Of a stretch of DNA of 64,000 nt, positions 50,178-62,935 are shown piece by piece. Under the pieces are notes generated by a model that was given only the letters and a program-made list of their open reading frames with translations, was not told the DNA's origin and did not search any database. This stretch comes from Mobula hypostoma (taxonomy: Eukaryota). Made by a program: the position numbers and the translations under genes. Position 1 is the first letter of the stretch; every line of letters begins with the position of its first letter. Location: NCBI RefSeq assembly GCF_963921235.1, contig NC_086097.1, forward strand, positions 212,848,001-212,912,000, written 5' to 3'.

Positions 50178-51569
50178 CCTCGGGAGTTTTCAATAGAAAA
50201 TAATGCGATCATATGCATTGATTCTTTGTTGTACTTCAGGAAAACAAATTGATCAAAAAGCTAAACATGAATGGACCCTAGATAGTGTCTGGTGGAACTC
50301 CTATAGAGATCTTGGAGTTGTAATGAATAGCTTCCAACAAACACCGTTGTCGTTTTTGCTCTTTGTAACTTCAGCCAATGGAAAATCTTTCCGCTGAGTC
50401 CCATTCATTGCTATTATGGTATGATCAGTCAAAACCAATCTTAGATTTGAAATTCTGCTACTTGCATAGCAGTTGTTTCTCATGAACAAAAGTTGTAATA
50501 AAGACTGAATAACAGTGAGCAGTTTTATTGAATAAGGCTTTGTTTGATAACAGATGCAAAAGAAAGACTAACAGGATGATAATCAGTTGGTTAGTGTTTT
50601 TCCAGCACTTTGTTGATTGTTTGCAACAATTTTTCTCCTTGTGAGAGATGCCAAATTGAAATCATTTTGTCCTGGATGTGGCAGAACTCCAGATCTTTGC
50701 TCAGATGCATTGATTATGAGACTGTTTATCTCTATGACTCTAGAAAGCACTGCAGTATCCTGGTCTGCTGGCCCAATCTGGCCTGGAGATACTTCAGGTG
50801 TGGCCATTGAAGATCTGTCAATGTTCTTCTGTGCAGGAGCTCCAAGGGATCTTCCTCTATATTCACCTTCAATTCTGGATATCATAATGGAAGTGAGAAA
50901 GAGGGAGGATTGGCCAGTAGACAGAGCAATTTTCAGAGATGTCAAGTAGATGATGAGGGAAGTGATGGTGGTCAGTCATAAAATTTGTGGAGAATTCAGG
51001 TAGGTGTTGTAGTTTGATCAGTATGATGACTTGGGATGGACAACAGTTAAATGCTGATGTGGATGTCAGGCAGTTTGGAGGGGTGGTAAGGTTCAGGTAG
51101 ATGAATGGTGGTGGGGGAGGGAGGGACAATACTTGTGGATCATCAGGCAGATGATTAGGGGTATACTGTGGATATGGTTAGTCACGTTGTTGATGGGACC
51201 AATCAATCACAATAGAAAGTTAAATTCGGGAAGTTATCAGGGGAAAGATGCCTTAGACTCTGGCTGGGTCTCAGGTAGTTTGAGGCCCTTTGACAAATAC
51301 TAGTGCAAGACCCAATATTTCAGTTAAGTCGTGCCTCATTGGTCCAATATGCATCATTTATACTGAGTTGGGACAAGGGGTACATATTATTTGTCACTAC
51401 TGCATGCACATGATGGCATCCATGAGCTGACGTGACACGTGTACAGAAACAGCAGCAGCAATTTCATCTGTGCTCCTCTTCTCTGACCTGAATGTGGCAT
51501 TATAAATTCAGTGCACAGCATGCTTTTTCTGCCTGCTTAGCTCACACTTATTCTTCTAAAGTAGCTATC

Positions 51570-52520
51570 AATACTTCAATAGTTTCATTTAACATCAGAG
51601 AAATGTGTACAATATACATACTGAAAGTCTTGTTCTTAATAGACATTCATGACAACAGAAGTGCGCCCCAAAGGATGAGTGACAGCAAACAAATGTTGAA
51701 ACCCCAAAGCTCCCCTACTCCTCCCTCCCATGCACAAGTAGCATCAAAGCAACAAACCTCCCCCCCCATTTACTTCAGCAAACATAAGGCATCAGCACCC
51801 TCCACCCACCAAGCAACCAATTGAAAAGCCCCACCAGAAGGATCATGATCTGCAGTACAACAAAAACTAATCGTTCACCTGACAATTCAACATACCACAG
51901 GCTCTCTCTCCCTAATAAAGGGGAAAAAAGTTTTCTCCTTTCACAGTGAGAGAGAGAGACCATAAGACCATAAGACCATAAGACAAAGGAGCAGAAGTAG
52001 GCCATTCGGCCCATCGAATCGGCTCCGCCATTTTGACATGACAAAACAAATCACTGATTGACGATGATAAAGTCTGTCATGCTGCTTTTTTCTTCCCTGA
52101 GTTCTCCAACCCTAGAATTGGCAACAAACTCCTCCCCACTACCGAGAGAGAGAGTGCGATTCGCCGAGCACAAAGCCTTCAACAGCTGATCTGCTCCCAA
52201 TATTCCATTTTCTCCTGCAACGCTTCAGTTGGCAGCACAGGCATAAAATCAGCATTCCACAGGGCCACAAAACCTTGAAACCCCAAAGGCACCCTCGACT
52301 TCTAGGCCCCATTACTGGGATTTCGAAAAGCGGCTGGTCGTGAGCGGGCCTCACATCCGCAAATAACGGAAGTCTGAGTGTAACTTCAGGTCAGGGACTT
52401 CAGCAGAACCCTATCCACCATGAGAAGGAAAAAGAGAGAGACATCTAGAAATTAAGGTAGAAATAAACTGTTTTTGCAGATGAACTCAAAGGAGTCGCCA
52501 TTGAGCGCCATTGTAAGTCC
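51570..52520 (-). mobile_element. Non-autonomous retroelement containing a CR1 3'-tail insert (51958-52035)
   Basis: 5' AATGGCGCTCAATGGCG; LINE-like 3' end; (GACCATAA)3 plus the CR1 3' UTR hairpin region. Confidence 0.6.
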
Positions 52521-53076
52521 ACCTCCACCTATGTCAGGTTGTGAGTTCAGTTTTAGGTACCTTCTGGTATTCCTCATTGAACAAGAGTCTTTCTCTAAGA
52601 AAGGGAAATGGATATGTTGAAGTGTGAGTTTACAGATTGTCCTGGAGGAGAACGTAAGAGCAGCCAATGCTCAGGAAGCCTCACTGATGTCCACTTTTGA
52701 TCTGACAGATCTGTTCTTAATTAATGCCAGTTAGGATTGTGGTGCCGTACAACATACTGGTAGTGGGGGCGGGAGGTTTAAACTGAGGTTAAGGTCATTT
52801 CTTTTCCCACACCGAATTCCTCCACAGCTTTCACCATTCGTTTATCTATCAATTGAAATTGAAATGTTTCAGGACTTAAAATTATAGAAATGGGGATTAC
52901 AGCAAAATGTAATTTCAAAGGTTTGAAAGAATTCTAACAGTGTACCTACTAGGGATTCTACTAGGGAACCTGCCCTGTCTTTCCAAATGCTCAACATGCA
53001 TCTTGTCTCTGTTTCATCTCATGATTCTGCATGTTAATTTTATCATTTCTCTCCTAAACCAGAACCAATTATTTAG

Positions 53077-53247
53077 GTTGCTGGTGAACGCAGCAGGCCA
53101 GGCAGCATCTCTAGGAAGAGGTACAGTCGATGTTTCGGGCCGAGACCCTTCGTCAGGACTAACTGACTGAAGGAAGAGCAACTAACTGACCAGCAACTTT
53201 GATGTGTGTTGCTTGAATTTCCAGCATCTGCAGAATTCCTCATGTTT
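53077..53247. mobile_element. Fold-back pLTR insertion (young family)
   Basis: TSD ACCAATTATTTAG at 53064-53076 and 53248-53260. Confidence 0.93.
53125..53160 (-). ncRNA. Minimal hammerhead ribozyme motif
   Basis: AGTC CTGACGA A GGGTCTCGGCCC GAAA CA TC GACT: helices I and II fully paired. Confidence 0.65.
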
Positions 53248-55212
53248 ACCAATTATTTAGACTAGGATTGCAGCCACAGTGCACATTACTATATTAAAGT
53301 ATCCACTTTGGCTGCAAAATTATTGTGTTTTGTATAAATACTGAATAGTACAGATGCTGAAGCATAAATAATAAAAAAATAAAGTGTATCTGTGTGCTAA
53401 AACAATGGCTCGTCTGCATTTATCAGTGAATTACACAAATATCCTACAGATGATTTCAATATCATCCGTCTGCACACTATTTAATTGAAGGTTATTTTAT
53501 CAGTGCAGAGCACCACACAGAAAATGTTTACCTTTCATTGTGCACAGCATTTTATTTGCGTTTATAAAGCAATATAATCTGTGTAATTTGTACTGCACTG
53601 GCAACTTTAATGTCTGTTCAACAATTCAAGCTCTAGATTAAAATGTAAATATTTTAATCAGCTTTAAAATATAACAGGTATAAGTACCCTCAGTACAAAA
53701 TAAAGAGAGCTGATTTATTAAGGACTGCAAAGAGGAATTGCTATTAGTAATTCCATGCAAGTATCAATTATAGATAGAGCTTTGGAAGTGATCTGAAGGA
53801 CCATGTGCGAAGAGAACTGCTGATAACTCTTCTTAGATTTCTAGGTATCCAACACGTAAGACTAAATGATCATTCAGTACAGCAGTGTGTGGGAGACTGC
53901 TTCAACAGTTACATGTGTTGAAAATGCAAATCTTTTTTACTGTTTTGTCTCAAGTTTTTCTTTTAAATTGGTTCAACATCAAGGAACTCCACTTCCTGTT
54001 TCCTCCTTCTTTGACAAGCCCTTCTCCAAAAGGCATTTGATCTTGTATATGAAAACGCATCATTGATCTACCAAAGAGCTTTTCCCTGGGCTATTGGTCA
54101 AAACTACCCATTTGTGACAAGAGACATGATGTGGAAAATATAAATATTATTTTAAAAAATATCAAATTTATTATATTTGTATACTAGCAAAATGTATCCT
54201 GCCAAAGAGCATGTGTGGTTGATTCTGATGACTGCACAAAGCGTTATACCAGTTCAACGAATCGTTTATCCCCTTTCTTATTTTTCATTGGCTGAATATT
54301 AGCACATTACCCACATGATGTAATTGTTTTAATTATGTGGCCTACTAACTAGTTTATTTCTATCTAAGGACTTTTTAAATCTCAATTATAAAAGTGATGG
54401 ATTTTTCAGAGTCACCATCTTTGCTATCTTTACGCCTTCCCAATTTTTGCCATTCATTTACCTCTTAGCGTAATTTTTCTGCTCTTTATTTAGTTTGCTT
54501 AGAACTTGTATGTTTTTTTGTACTCTAAAATGATCAGCTGGTCATCATTCCTGACTTCCCAGAAAAACCTGAAGGATCAGAAGATAAACAAAGATCCAAC
54601 AGCAGGTCTGGAGAGTTTGTTCTAGGTGTGAAGGTGCCAGGTAGATACTATACATTGCCATCCAACTATTCCAGCTGAGCAACTGATGAAAACTATTTTG
54701 TTGAACTTATACACATCTGGGGAAGTCCCCTTTTGCAACACTGAAATGTAACAACATCCTACAGATAACAATTTCCTGCTGGGGTAAATGAGATGATACA
54801 TTCTGGGGAGATAAAAGAGAAATGGGGGTATTCACTCAACTGGGAGACACTTAGAACTGTCTACACTATACAAAATGATACAACGTTAGATAATTAAAAT
54901 TCACATTCAAAGATGAGAAACTAGGAAGATTTTACTGGAGCAGAGAGCGGAAATTTAGTGGTTTTAAATTTTTAAAAATGAAAAGAAAAATACAATGTTG
55001 ATCATTTGGAGAGATTGCAAAGTAAAAGCATCATTAAAAGGATGAGGAGAGAGATGATAAGGATGAGGGCTCCTTTCAACTAAAAATGAAAACCTAAGAA
55101 TTGCATATGCTGGAAATCTGAAATATAACTTTTTTTCTTTGAACCCAAGACTTGGATCATAGAATGTTTTATCCCAGGCAGAGACGAAACTGGGAGAGGT
55201 ATTTGTAGCAGA

Positions 55213-55346
55213 GACTAATGAAGGATCTCAGCCCAAAATGTCAACTCTTTATTCCTTTTCATAGAGGCTGCCAACCTGCTGAGTTCCTCCAGTATTTAAT
55301 GTGTGTTACTCTGGATTTTCAACATCTGCAAAATCTCTTGTGTTTC
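55213..55346 (+). mobile_element. Older pLTR-only copy
   Basis: CTAATGAAGGATCTCAGCCCAAAATGTC..CCTGCTGAGTTCCTCCAG. Confidence 0.75.
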
Positions 55347-56180
55347 TGAAAGCAAAAGGTATTTTTCATTCAGTATCTTGATGTGGGCAAACAGAAATGA
55401 CTAATGTTTATTGCGTTCTGCAGAATTAGAATTGCACAGCTGCATGGGTTACATTAGAGAATAGTTAAAAGTCAATAATGTAGGAATGAGAAATGACACA
55501 TAGACCAGATGAGGTTAAAGTAACATACTTTTTTATCTTTAGAATATTAATAAATCAATTAACTTTTTACAACAGCTTTGTTATTATAGCTATTGGTGGA
55601 AACTTTTAAGTGTAGATTTGCAAATCCATCATGAGAGGTGAGCTCATGTTGTCTGCAGTATTAGTCTATTTACATTGCAATCATGCTACCATATTATGGG
55701 GAAGAGCAGAGTTAATCAGACATTAGCAGACAAATGATCTCTCCGTGTAATAAACTTCCTTAGTTCAATAAGGAATATGAAAGGACAGCCATTTACATAC
55801 TGAATTTATTTTGGTCTTAAGCTAGAGTGTCATATTTTTCTCTTCCTTTTCTTCAATGAATGTTAAGTATTCGTAGATACCTCAAACTAAATTTCACCTG
55901 AGTAGAAATCAGGCTATACAAATTTATAGACCTGGGCTTGTGCTAATCAACTTCAACGTTAAACAAGGCCATCCTCTATCTTCAGCTAAGATTATGCCAA
56001 AGATAGAAGAGATAAATCTCATCTTTAGTTAGTCTCCAACTTTGGACTCAGCTATTGAAGTCAATTAAATTGTTTGAGATTTGGTTACCCTGCAGTTTGA
56101 CACAGTGGAAAGAAAATCACTTGACAATCTTCAAGCCTATCTCTGGGATCTGAATATTCTGCAAGCAGGAATCTTCTTAC

Positions 56181-56275
56181 TCATGTTTAGAGTTATTCTG
56201 GAAATCCCAGAGCAATGTAGCAGTTGGGAGGCAATTTAAAATATCCTGTTCACTCTCGGGTCCATATTGCTGCAT
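56181..56275 (-). CDS. Candidate internal exon (95 nt) of an unidentified host gene
   Basis: Acceptor TTTTCCCCTTTGTTGTTTTCAG| and donor |GTAAGA; only one frame open: MQQYGPESEQDILNCLPTATLLWDFQNNSKH. Confidence 0.5.
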
Positions 56276-57249
56276 CTGAAAACAACAAAGGGGAAAATCA
56301 TAAAAATAGCATAAATATCTCCCAGTACTCATCTTAAGTAACAGGTCTAACTTCAGCTGCAGGAGATGTTCAGAAGTCTGAGTCTGACTGCAGGTAAAAA
56401 TCAAGCTGGACTCCAGGGTAAAACTGAACCATCGCACCCAATTTTTTTGTCTGTTTACAAAACTAATGAACATGTGTTGAACCAAAATAGACAATAAAGA
56501 ATTAGGGGTTTATCATCTATTCATTAAACCAAATAGATGATATAGCAAATCTGCTAAGGGAATTGTCAACAATGGAAACTACTCCAAATGCACCACAAAC
56601 AATTTGAGAAACGTTATTACTTATTGTAAAGGATTTTGAATATTATTTAATATCTGAATAATCATCATGATGACAATGAAATTTGCTAATCAATATAATA
56701 TTAACGGTTGCATGTCAGGTAGGTGGCTGACACTTACTGGCTGTGAATCATTGCAAGCATTATTCTTCATAGAGTAATTTCATCTAAATAAAATGAAGCA
56801 CTTCATTCTAGGCTTGGTTCATGATAAATTCATAGTTCTGTGGAAGTCAATCAATTCTATGAGATCAACATTATTTTATCAATAATGATCACAACGAAAT
56901 CCAATTTCACCTCACGGTCAAATAAGAACCCCTCCTTAGAGTGTGCATTGGAAGGATCAATGGATAAGCAATCAGTTTGTTGTTTTGAATCTAAATGCAT
57001 ATGGTCTGAAATTGTTTTTCTTCTGCAGGTTGTAAAGCTCTATGTGAATTTGAATAATCTCAAGGTATTTCTGGGCACAACCCTCTGTTGTAAAACTGTC
57101 TCTAAATGTCAGACAATGGGAACAACAATGTTGATTTGTATGAGTTGATATAAATATCGCACTTGGCATCAACCAGTGTGTTTTTTTTATTAATTTGGGC
57201 TTAATCTGCGCAGAGCAAGAGGAACATGATTCTGTGGTAAACAGCATTC

Positions 57250-58660
57250 ACTAGTTTATGGAATATTCCCAGTTAGCCTGAAATCATCTGTTGGGAAAAT
57301 ACTAGAGTTCCTTATAAAGGACATGAAAATCAGTATACTGTATCATTGAACACGGTTGGTATGGTTTTATGAAAGGGAAATTATCTTTGGAAAATGTAAT
57401 AATGTTGTTTTTGAGGATGTTACTAACAACTTAGATAAAAGCAACACATTTCTAAATTTTAATAAATATTTGATAACATACCATGTGAGCATTATTACAT
57501 GAAATAAGAGATCTAGACAAAAGCAGTAAATCAGTTAAAAGGAAATAATAAGATCTTTTCAGGTTTGCAGCTTGTTACTATGATGATGTTATAGGGTCTC
57601 TGGTAAGCCTTCAACTGTTCACATCTCATTTTGATGAGTTATGTGCGCAGTGTAATATATTCAAGCTATCTAATCTATTCAGGGTTATTACTGATACAAA
57701 GCATGATAATAAAGTGAGCTGTGAGGATACAAAAGAGTCTGTAAAAGGACAAGAACAGGCCCAATGAGTTGGCAAGAAGATGGCAGATTGGAAAGCATGA
57801 ATAAATTCATTTTGATAAAACAAGATATTTGTAGATGATGAAAAACTAGCAAACCTTAGTGTGTAGCACAGTTTAGGAATGCTGGTACACAAACCTCAAA
57901 CTGTTAACAGAGAGGTACATTAGGAAAGCAAAGGCTATGAATGTCTTAATTGCTAGGGAATTGGAGAAAGGGAAACAAAAAGTTTAACTCAGCTGTTTGG
58001 AGTTTTGATTAAATTATTTCACACTTCTACTCACTGAACTTAAGGCCATCATGAATCCAAGTATTGAGTACAGGAGATAGAACTTATGTTGAAGTTGTGT
58101 AAGATGTTGGTGATGCCTAATTTGGAGTATTGATTGCAGTTTTGGCCATCTACCTACAGGAAAGATGTAAATAAGATTGAAAGACGACAGAGAAAATTTA
58201 AAAGCACGTTGCCAGGTCAGGAGGACCTGAATTATAAGAAAAGGTTGAATAGGTTAGGATTTTTATTCCTTAGAACATAAAAGATTGAGAGGAGATTTGA
58301 TAGAGGTATACAAAATTATGAGAGATATAAATAATTTATATGCTATTACCACTGAGGTTGGGTAGGACTACAACCATAGGTCATAGGTTAGAGGTGAAAG
58401 GCGAATAATTTAAGGAGAACATGAGGGGAAACTTCTTCACTCAGAGAGTCGTAAGAGTGTGGAATGAGCAGGCAGCACAAATGGTGCATGCAAGCTCGAT
58501 TTCAATATTGAAGAGAAGTTTGGATAGATACATGGATAGTAAGGCTATGGAAGGCTACGGTCCTGGTACTGGTCGATGGAAGTAGGCAGCTTAAATGGTT
58601 TTGGCATGGAATAGATGGGCAAGGGGTCTGTTCTGTGCTGTAATTCTCTGTGACCTCAAG
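57250..58660 (+). mobile_element. Two decayed CR1 fragments (57250-58020 and 58055-58660)
   Basis: YGFMKGK..F.DVT; LVMPNLEY..QFW.STYRKDV; FFTQRVVRVWNE. Confidence 0.8.
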
Positions 58661-58682
58661 ATGTACAGTATATGTCTTAAAG

Positions 58683-59200
58683 AGATACAAGAGACTGCAG
58701 ATGCTGAAATCTGGAGTAGAAACTAAGTTGCTGGAAGAACTCAGAGGGTCAAGCAGCATCTGTGGAGGTAAAGAGATGGCCAACATTTTCGGTCAAGGTG
58801 CTGCACCAGGACTGAGCACGTAGAGGAAAGATGGCCTGTATATTGATGTATGAAGGAGGCTGGTAGCTGATAAGTGGAACTGGATGAGGGAGGAGAATGA
58901 GCACATGGAGCCAGGAGGAGGAAGGGGGTTGTTAATAGACTGTGAAGTGATAGGTGGAAATGGATAAGGGGAGAATGGAAAATCAGGCAGATGAATTGTG
59001 GGGATGGGAGGAAGAAAGTAGAGACAGAGGCTGGTATGATCTGTGAAAACATAGAAGGTGAGTGGAGACGGGGATGATTAAACTAGGTGGGGGATTGGAG
59101 GCAGGGATTGGTGACAGAAGAAGGTAAATGATGGGTGGAATGGGATAAGGGAGTATGAGGGGCAGATGAAACCAGGTGGAGTAGGTTAACGAATCTTGGT
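58683..59200 (-). mobile_element. Old pLTR plus purine-rich tract
   Basis: CTGCAGATGCTGAAATCTGGAG..GAACTCAG. Confidence 0.7.
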
Positions 59201-59944
59201 AAAGAGGGGAGAATCGATGAAGCTTACTTTGTGAAGTTCTGTTCTGAATGCTATTTGCTTACTTTTATTGTTTGCATGATTTGTTTTCTATTCTGTACAT
59301 TGGGTGTTTGATGGCCTTCTTTTTCAATGGGTTCAATTGGGTTTCTTCGTTTTTTGGCTGCCTGTAAGGAGACCTTTACTCGAGGTTGATTACAGTATAC
59401 ATATTTTGACAATAAATGTACTTTGGATAAGTGTTGCAGCTTTTATGGCTGCAGTGGAAAGGATCAGGGCTCACAGCGAGTTGCATAGAGAGGGGAGGGA
59501 TGATTGTACCATTAGAGTAGGCTACCCAAATGGAATATAAGGTATTATTGGATCATTGAGAGCAGTTTTGTCAGTGTTAAAGTATAGGGAGCAGGTGATG
59601 GCTCTGGGTCTGTACTCGATTGAGTCTAGAAGCATGGGTGGTGGGGGGAGGCGGGAGCAAACTCACTGTAGCATATTGAAAGCCCAAGGAAGAGTAGGCA
59701 TGGAGAGGACGTTTCCTTTTGGGTGCCTTAAGCACTCACATGGACTCCATCTATGCCTATCTTTTTGATGGTTATGTGGAATTGTCCTTGTCCCAAACCA
59801 CACTCTAACACCCCTCTCCAACTCTTTGTAAGCTGCATTGACATCTGCATTAGTGCTGCTTTTGCACTTTTGCAGTGCTCATCAGTTTTATTATCTTTGC
59901 CACCAACTTCCATTCTGCCCTCATATTCACGTGAACCATGACTG

Positions 59945-60530
59945 ACACTTTATAAGGCTTTGGTCAGACTGCTGTTGAAGTATTGTGAGCAGATTTGGGC
60001 TCCTTATCTAAGAAAGGATGTGCTGGCATTGGAGAGGGTACAGAGAACATTCACAAGAATGATCTCAGGAATGAAAGGGTTAACATGTGATGAGCGTTTG
60101 ATGGCTCTGGGCATGTACTCACTGGGATTTAGAAGAATGAGGGGTGATCGCATTGAAACCTATTGAGTATTGAATGGACTAGACAGAGTGGGTGTAGAGA
60201 GGATGTTTCCTTTAGTAGGTGAGTCTAAATCAAGAAGGCACAGCCTCAGAATAGAGGGCCTTCCATTTAGAACAGAGATGAGGAGGAATTTCTTTAGCCA
60301 GAGAATGATGAATGTGTGGAATTTATTGCCAGGGATGGCTGTGGAGGCCAAGTCATTGAGTAGATTTAAAGTGGAGGTTGATAGTTTCTTGATTAGTCAG
60401 GGTGTCAGAGGTTACAGGGAGAAGGCAAGAGAATGTGGTTGAGAGGGATAATAAACCAACCATGGTGGAATAGTGGAGCAGGCTCAACAGGCCAAATGGC
60501 CTTATTCTGCTCTTATGTCTTATGGTCTTG
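59945..60530 (+). mobile_element. CR1 3' fragment
   Basis: YCEQIWAPYLRKDVLALERVQR; RNFFSQR..WNLLP; CTTATGGTCTT tail. Confidence 0.9.
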
Positions 60531-61613
60531 ATGAAAGAAAATTAAGAGTGAGAATAGGAAAACTTCTTTATGTAGTATGTAGTTGAAATCAAGAATATAC
60601 AAGCAGCAGATGTGGCAGGGTAGGTTCAGTTCTAGCCTTCAAGAGAGAATTAAATAAATACAGAGCAAAGAATATTTGCAAGGCTGGTAGAAGACTTGTT
60701 CAGAAACAAAGGGACAAATACTCCCTTTGTGTAATCATTTGGTGATTTTAGGAAATCGGTACGGTCTCGCGAAGTTGGCGCAGTCTATCATTGACTCCAT
60801 TATGCTTATTATTCTGCTATAGATATATTGAGTAAGCTGCAAGAAAATGAATCTTGGGGCTGTATATGATTAAATATGTGTATTTTGATAATAAATTTAC
60901 TTTGAACCTTGGACTTTGAAGTGATTGTTCCCACGTCATATTGAGAAGAAAGGTGTAGCTACTTATGAGGATTGTTTTTATTCAGAGAATTGTGAATCCT
61001 TGGAATTTTTTTCTTCCTCAAGATCAGTTGCGTGCTTAGTTATTGAATAAATTCAACACCATGATTGACAGATTTTTGGACACTGAGAAAATCAAGAGAT
61101 ATGTATAATGTAGGTCTGAGTTAGAGGATAAAACATAATCTTAGTAGTGGAGCATCGTGAGCTGCATTACATCTTATTCACACTTTAGTTCTTTTATTTA
61201 TATGTTTTTATCCTCTAACCAACATAGGAATGCTTGATGCAGAAACTGAGTGCACTAATGGGAAAAATGTTCTGTTCCTTTGGCTAATATGTCTCACCTA
61301 ATGAATACACAGCTTTAGCAAACAGGATAAAAGAATGCTCCATGGAGGCTGCATCACTATGCTTCTAAATATATCTACTGTAGAATAACAATGGTACAAA
61401 TGTGGATCTAAAGCAAATGACCTTTCAGTATGCTGTTACATTGCCTACAAGTATTTACATCAGTGTATATTCATCACATCAACATATTGATATGACATTG
61501 TATTCCACATCTCTAGTTCATAACTCCTGTCTTGCTTCTCATCCAACCTTTCACTACCTAAATTTCGTTTGATACACAAATAGACATTATCACTTCACAC
61601 AGTGTATTGAGCT

Positions 61614-62533
61614 TGTAGGTTTTCGCAAATAAAACGTGAGGCATTTTATGTTTAAGTGTAAGGGGTTTCTTCTTTTATGTTACTGCGAAGGCTCATAAAA
61701 TGGCTTCTTTGTTATGTTAAAATAAACATGGCTTTTCTGTAATAATAACTGCGATGTAAGGAGTTCTCTCTCTCTCTCTGCTTGTTTGGGTTATATTATT
61801 GAGAAGAGAGGGAACTAACCAATTGGGATAGATGTTACTCCTTCTTGTGTGTCTGTAAGCTATAGTTTTTCTTGGGCTTTGGAGCAGAAGGTGGATGGGG
61901 ACAGAGAGAGGAGACGTGATGCTGTAAGCTGGGCGGCGGAACGGATCCCAAGTGAGAATCCGAGGCCCAGGGTCTTCGGCGAGGAGAGGAGATGAAGACA
62001 GACTTGTGTGGAGCGTCTGGTCGACCACCATGGTTGGTCCCAGGTGGCGGGTGGAGGAGGTTGGAAGGGATCGAGTGGTGAAAAGAGGACTCCATTAATT
62101 GAGCTCCAACTGTTGTGCACGAAGTGGTTGAACTTTGATAAGTTTGGCGCCTTTTACTTTCCTTTAATATTTTATCTCTATAAATTATATAGTTCTAGTA
62201 AGATCTATAAAATGTAATCATTTAAGTACATATGGTGTATTGTCTGTTATTTGGCAGGGTGGGGTACATCACACAGCATCTACACAAACTGATTACCCAG
62301 GTTGGGGCCGAAGGCTGCTCCCCCTAGATGAAAGAGAGCTGAGCGAGCCTAAGGCTTACCGGGGGCTACATAAGGAAAAAACATAGCACCACATTTATTG
62401 AACTCCAAAATCTGAACACAAAGCGTGCTAAATGTCCTTTATGTAATTACATCATCACGTCAGACCAGCCCCTTAAAGTGAACCCCCACTCAATGTTGGT
62501 AGTTGTGAATTATGTACGTTACATTACCCTACA
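61614..62533 (-). mobile_element. Short solo LTR (~202 bp net), split by a second LTR
   Basis: TGTAGG...CCTACA termini; TSD AGCT at 61610-61613 and 62534-62537. Confidence 0.85.
61657..62370 (+). mobile_element. Solo LTR (714 bp)
   Basis: TGTA...TACA termini; TSD TAAG at 61653-61656 and 62371-62374; CpG-rich interior. Orientation is tentative. Confidence 0.88.
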
Positions 62534-62574
62534 AGCTAAATAGAATTCTGATAGAAAGATACGTCTTGCGATGC

Positions 62575-62935
62575 ACTCAGACACATCATCAGTGATGTAA
62601 CCCGGGGTCACAGGTTATTTCAGGTCTTTCAAATCAGATACCCTCGCCCGGGCGGCCCTGACTTGTGTCTGATAGCATTCTGCCTTAGATCAGTCCTCAT
62701 GATCCACAGTCATTTAGAGGCTCACTTTGCTGCCTCTATGGTGTTCCTGGTGGTTTTCCTCTACTGGGCTCCTGAGATGTCCATTTGGCTGTAGGCTTGC
62801 TAGAGGGATTGACCGACAAACCCTCTGCAGCCCACCTCTATGGGCATACAGTGCCCTGCCACCCCTTGTTGTTGCTCTCCTCCACTAAGTCTTCGTACTT
62901 TGTCTTTGTCCTTTCAGGGGCCTCCTCCACCTGGT
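62575..62935 (-). mobile_element. HERO-like restriction-like-endonuclease LINE 3' fragment
   Basis: EEAPERTKTKYEDLVEESNNKGW..PIEVGCRGFVGQS..ASKWLWI, plus 3' UTR. Confidence 0.75.

Noticed and set aside
50580..51130. Overlapping 110-120 aa ORFs
   Set aside because: No recognisable motif; probably an ancient repeat remnant that I cannot classify.
57029..57064. 36-nt plus-strand micro-exon (VVKLYVNLNNLK)
   Set aside because: Good acceptor but weak donor, peptide unrecognised, and expected by chance.
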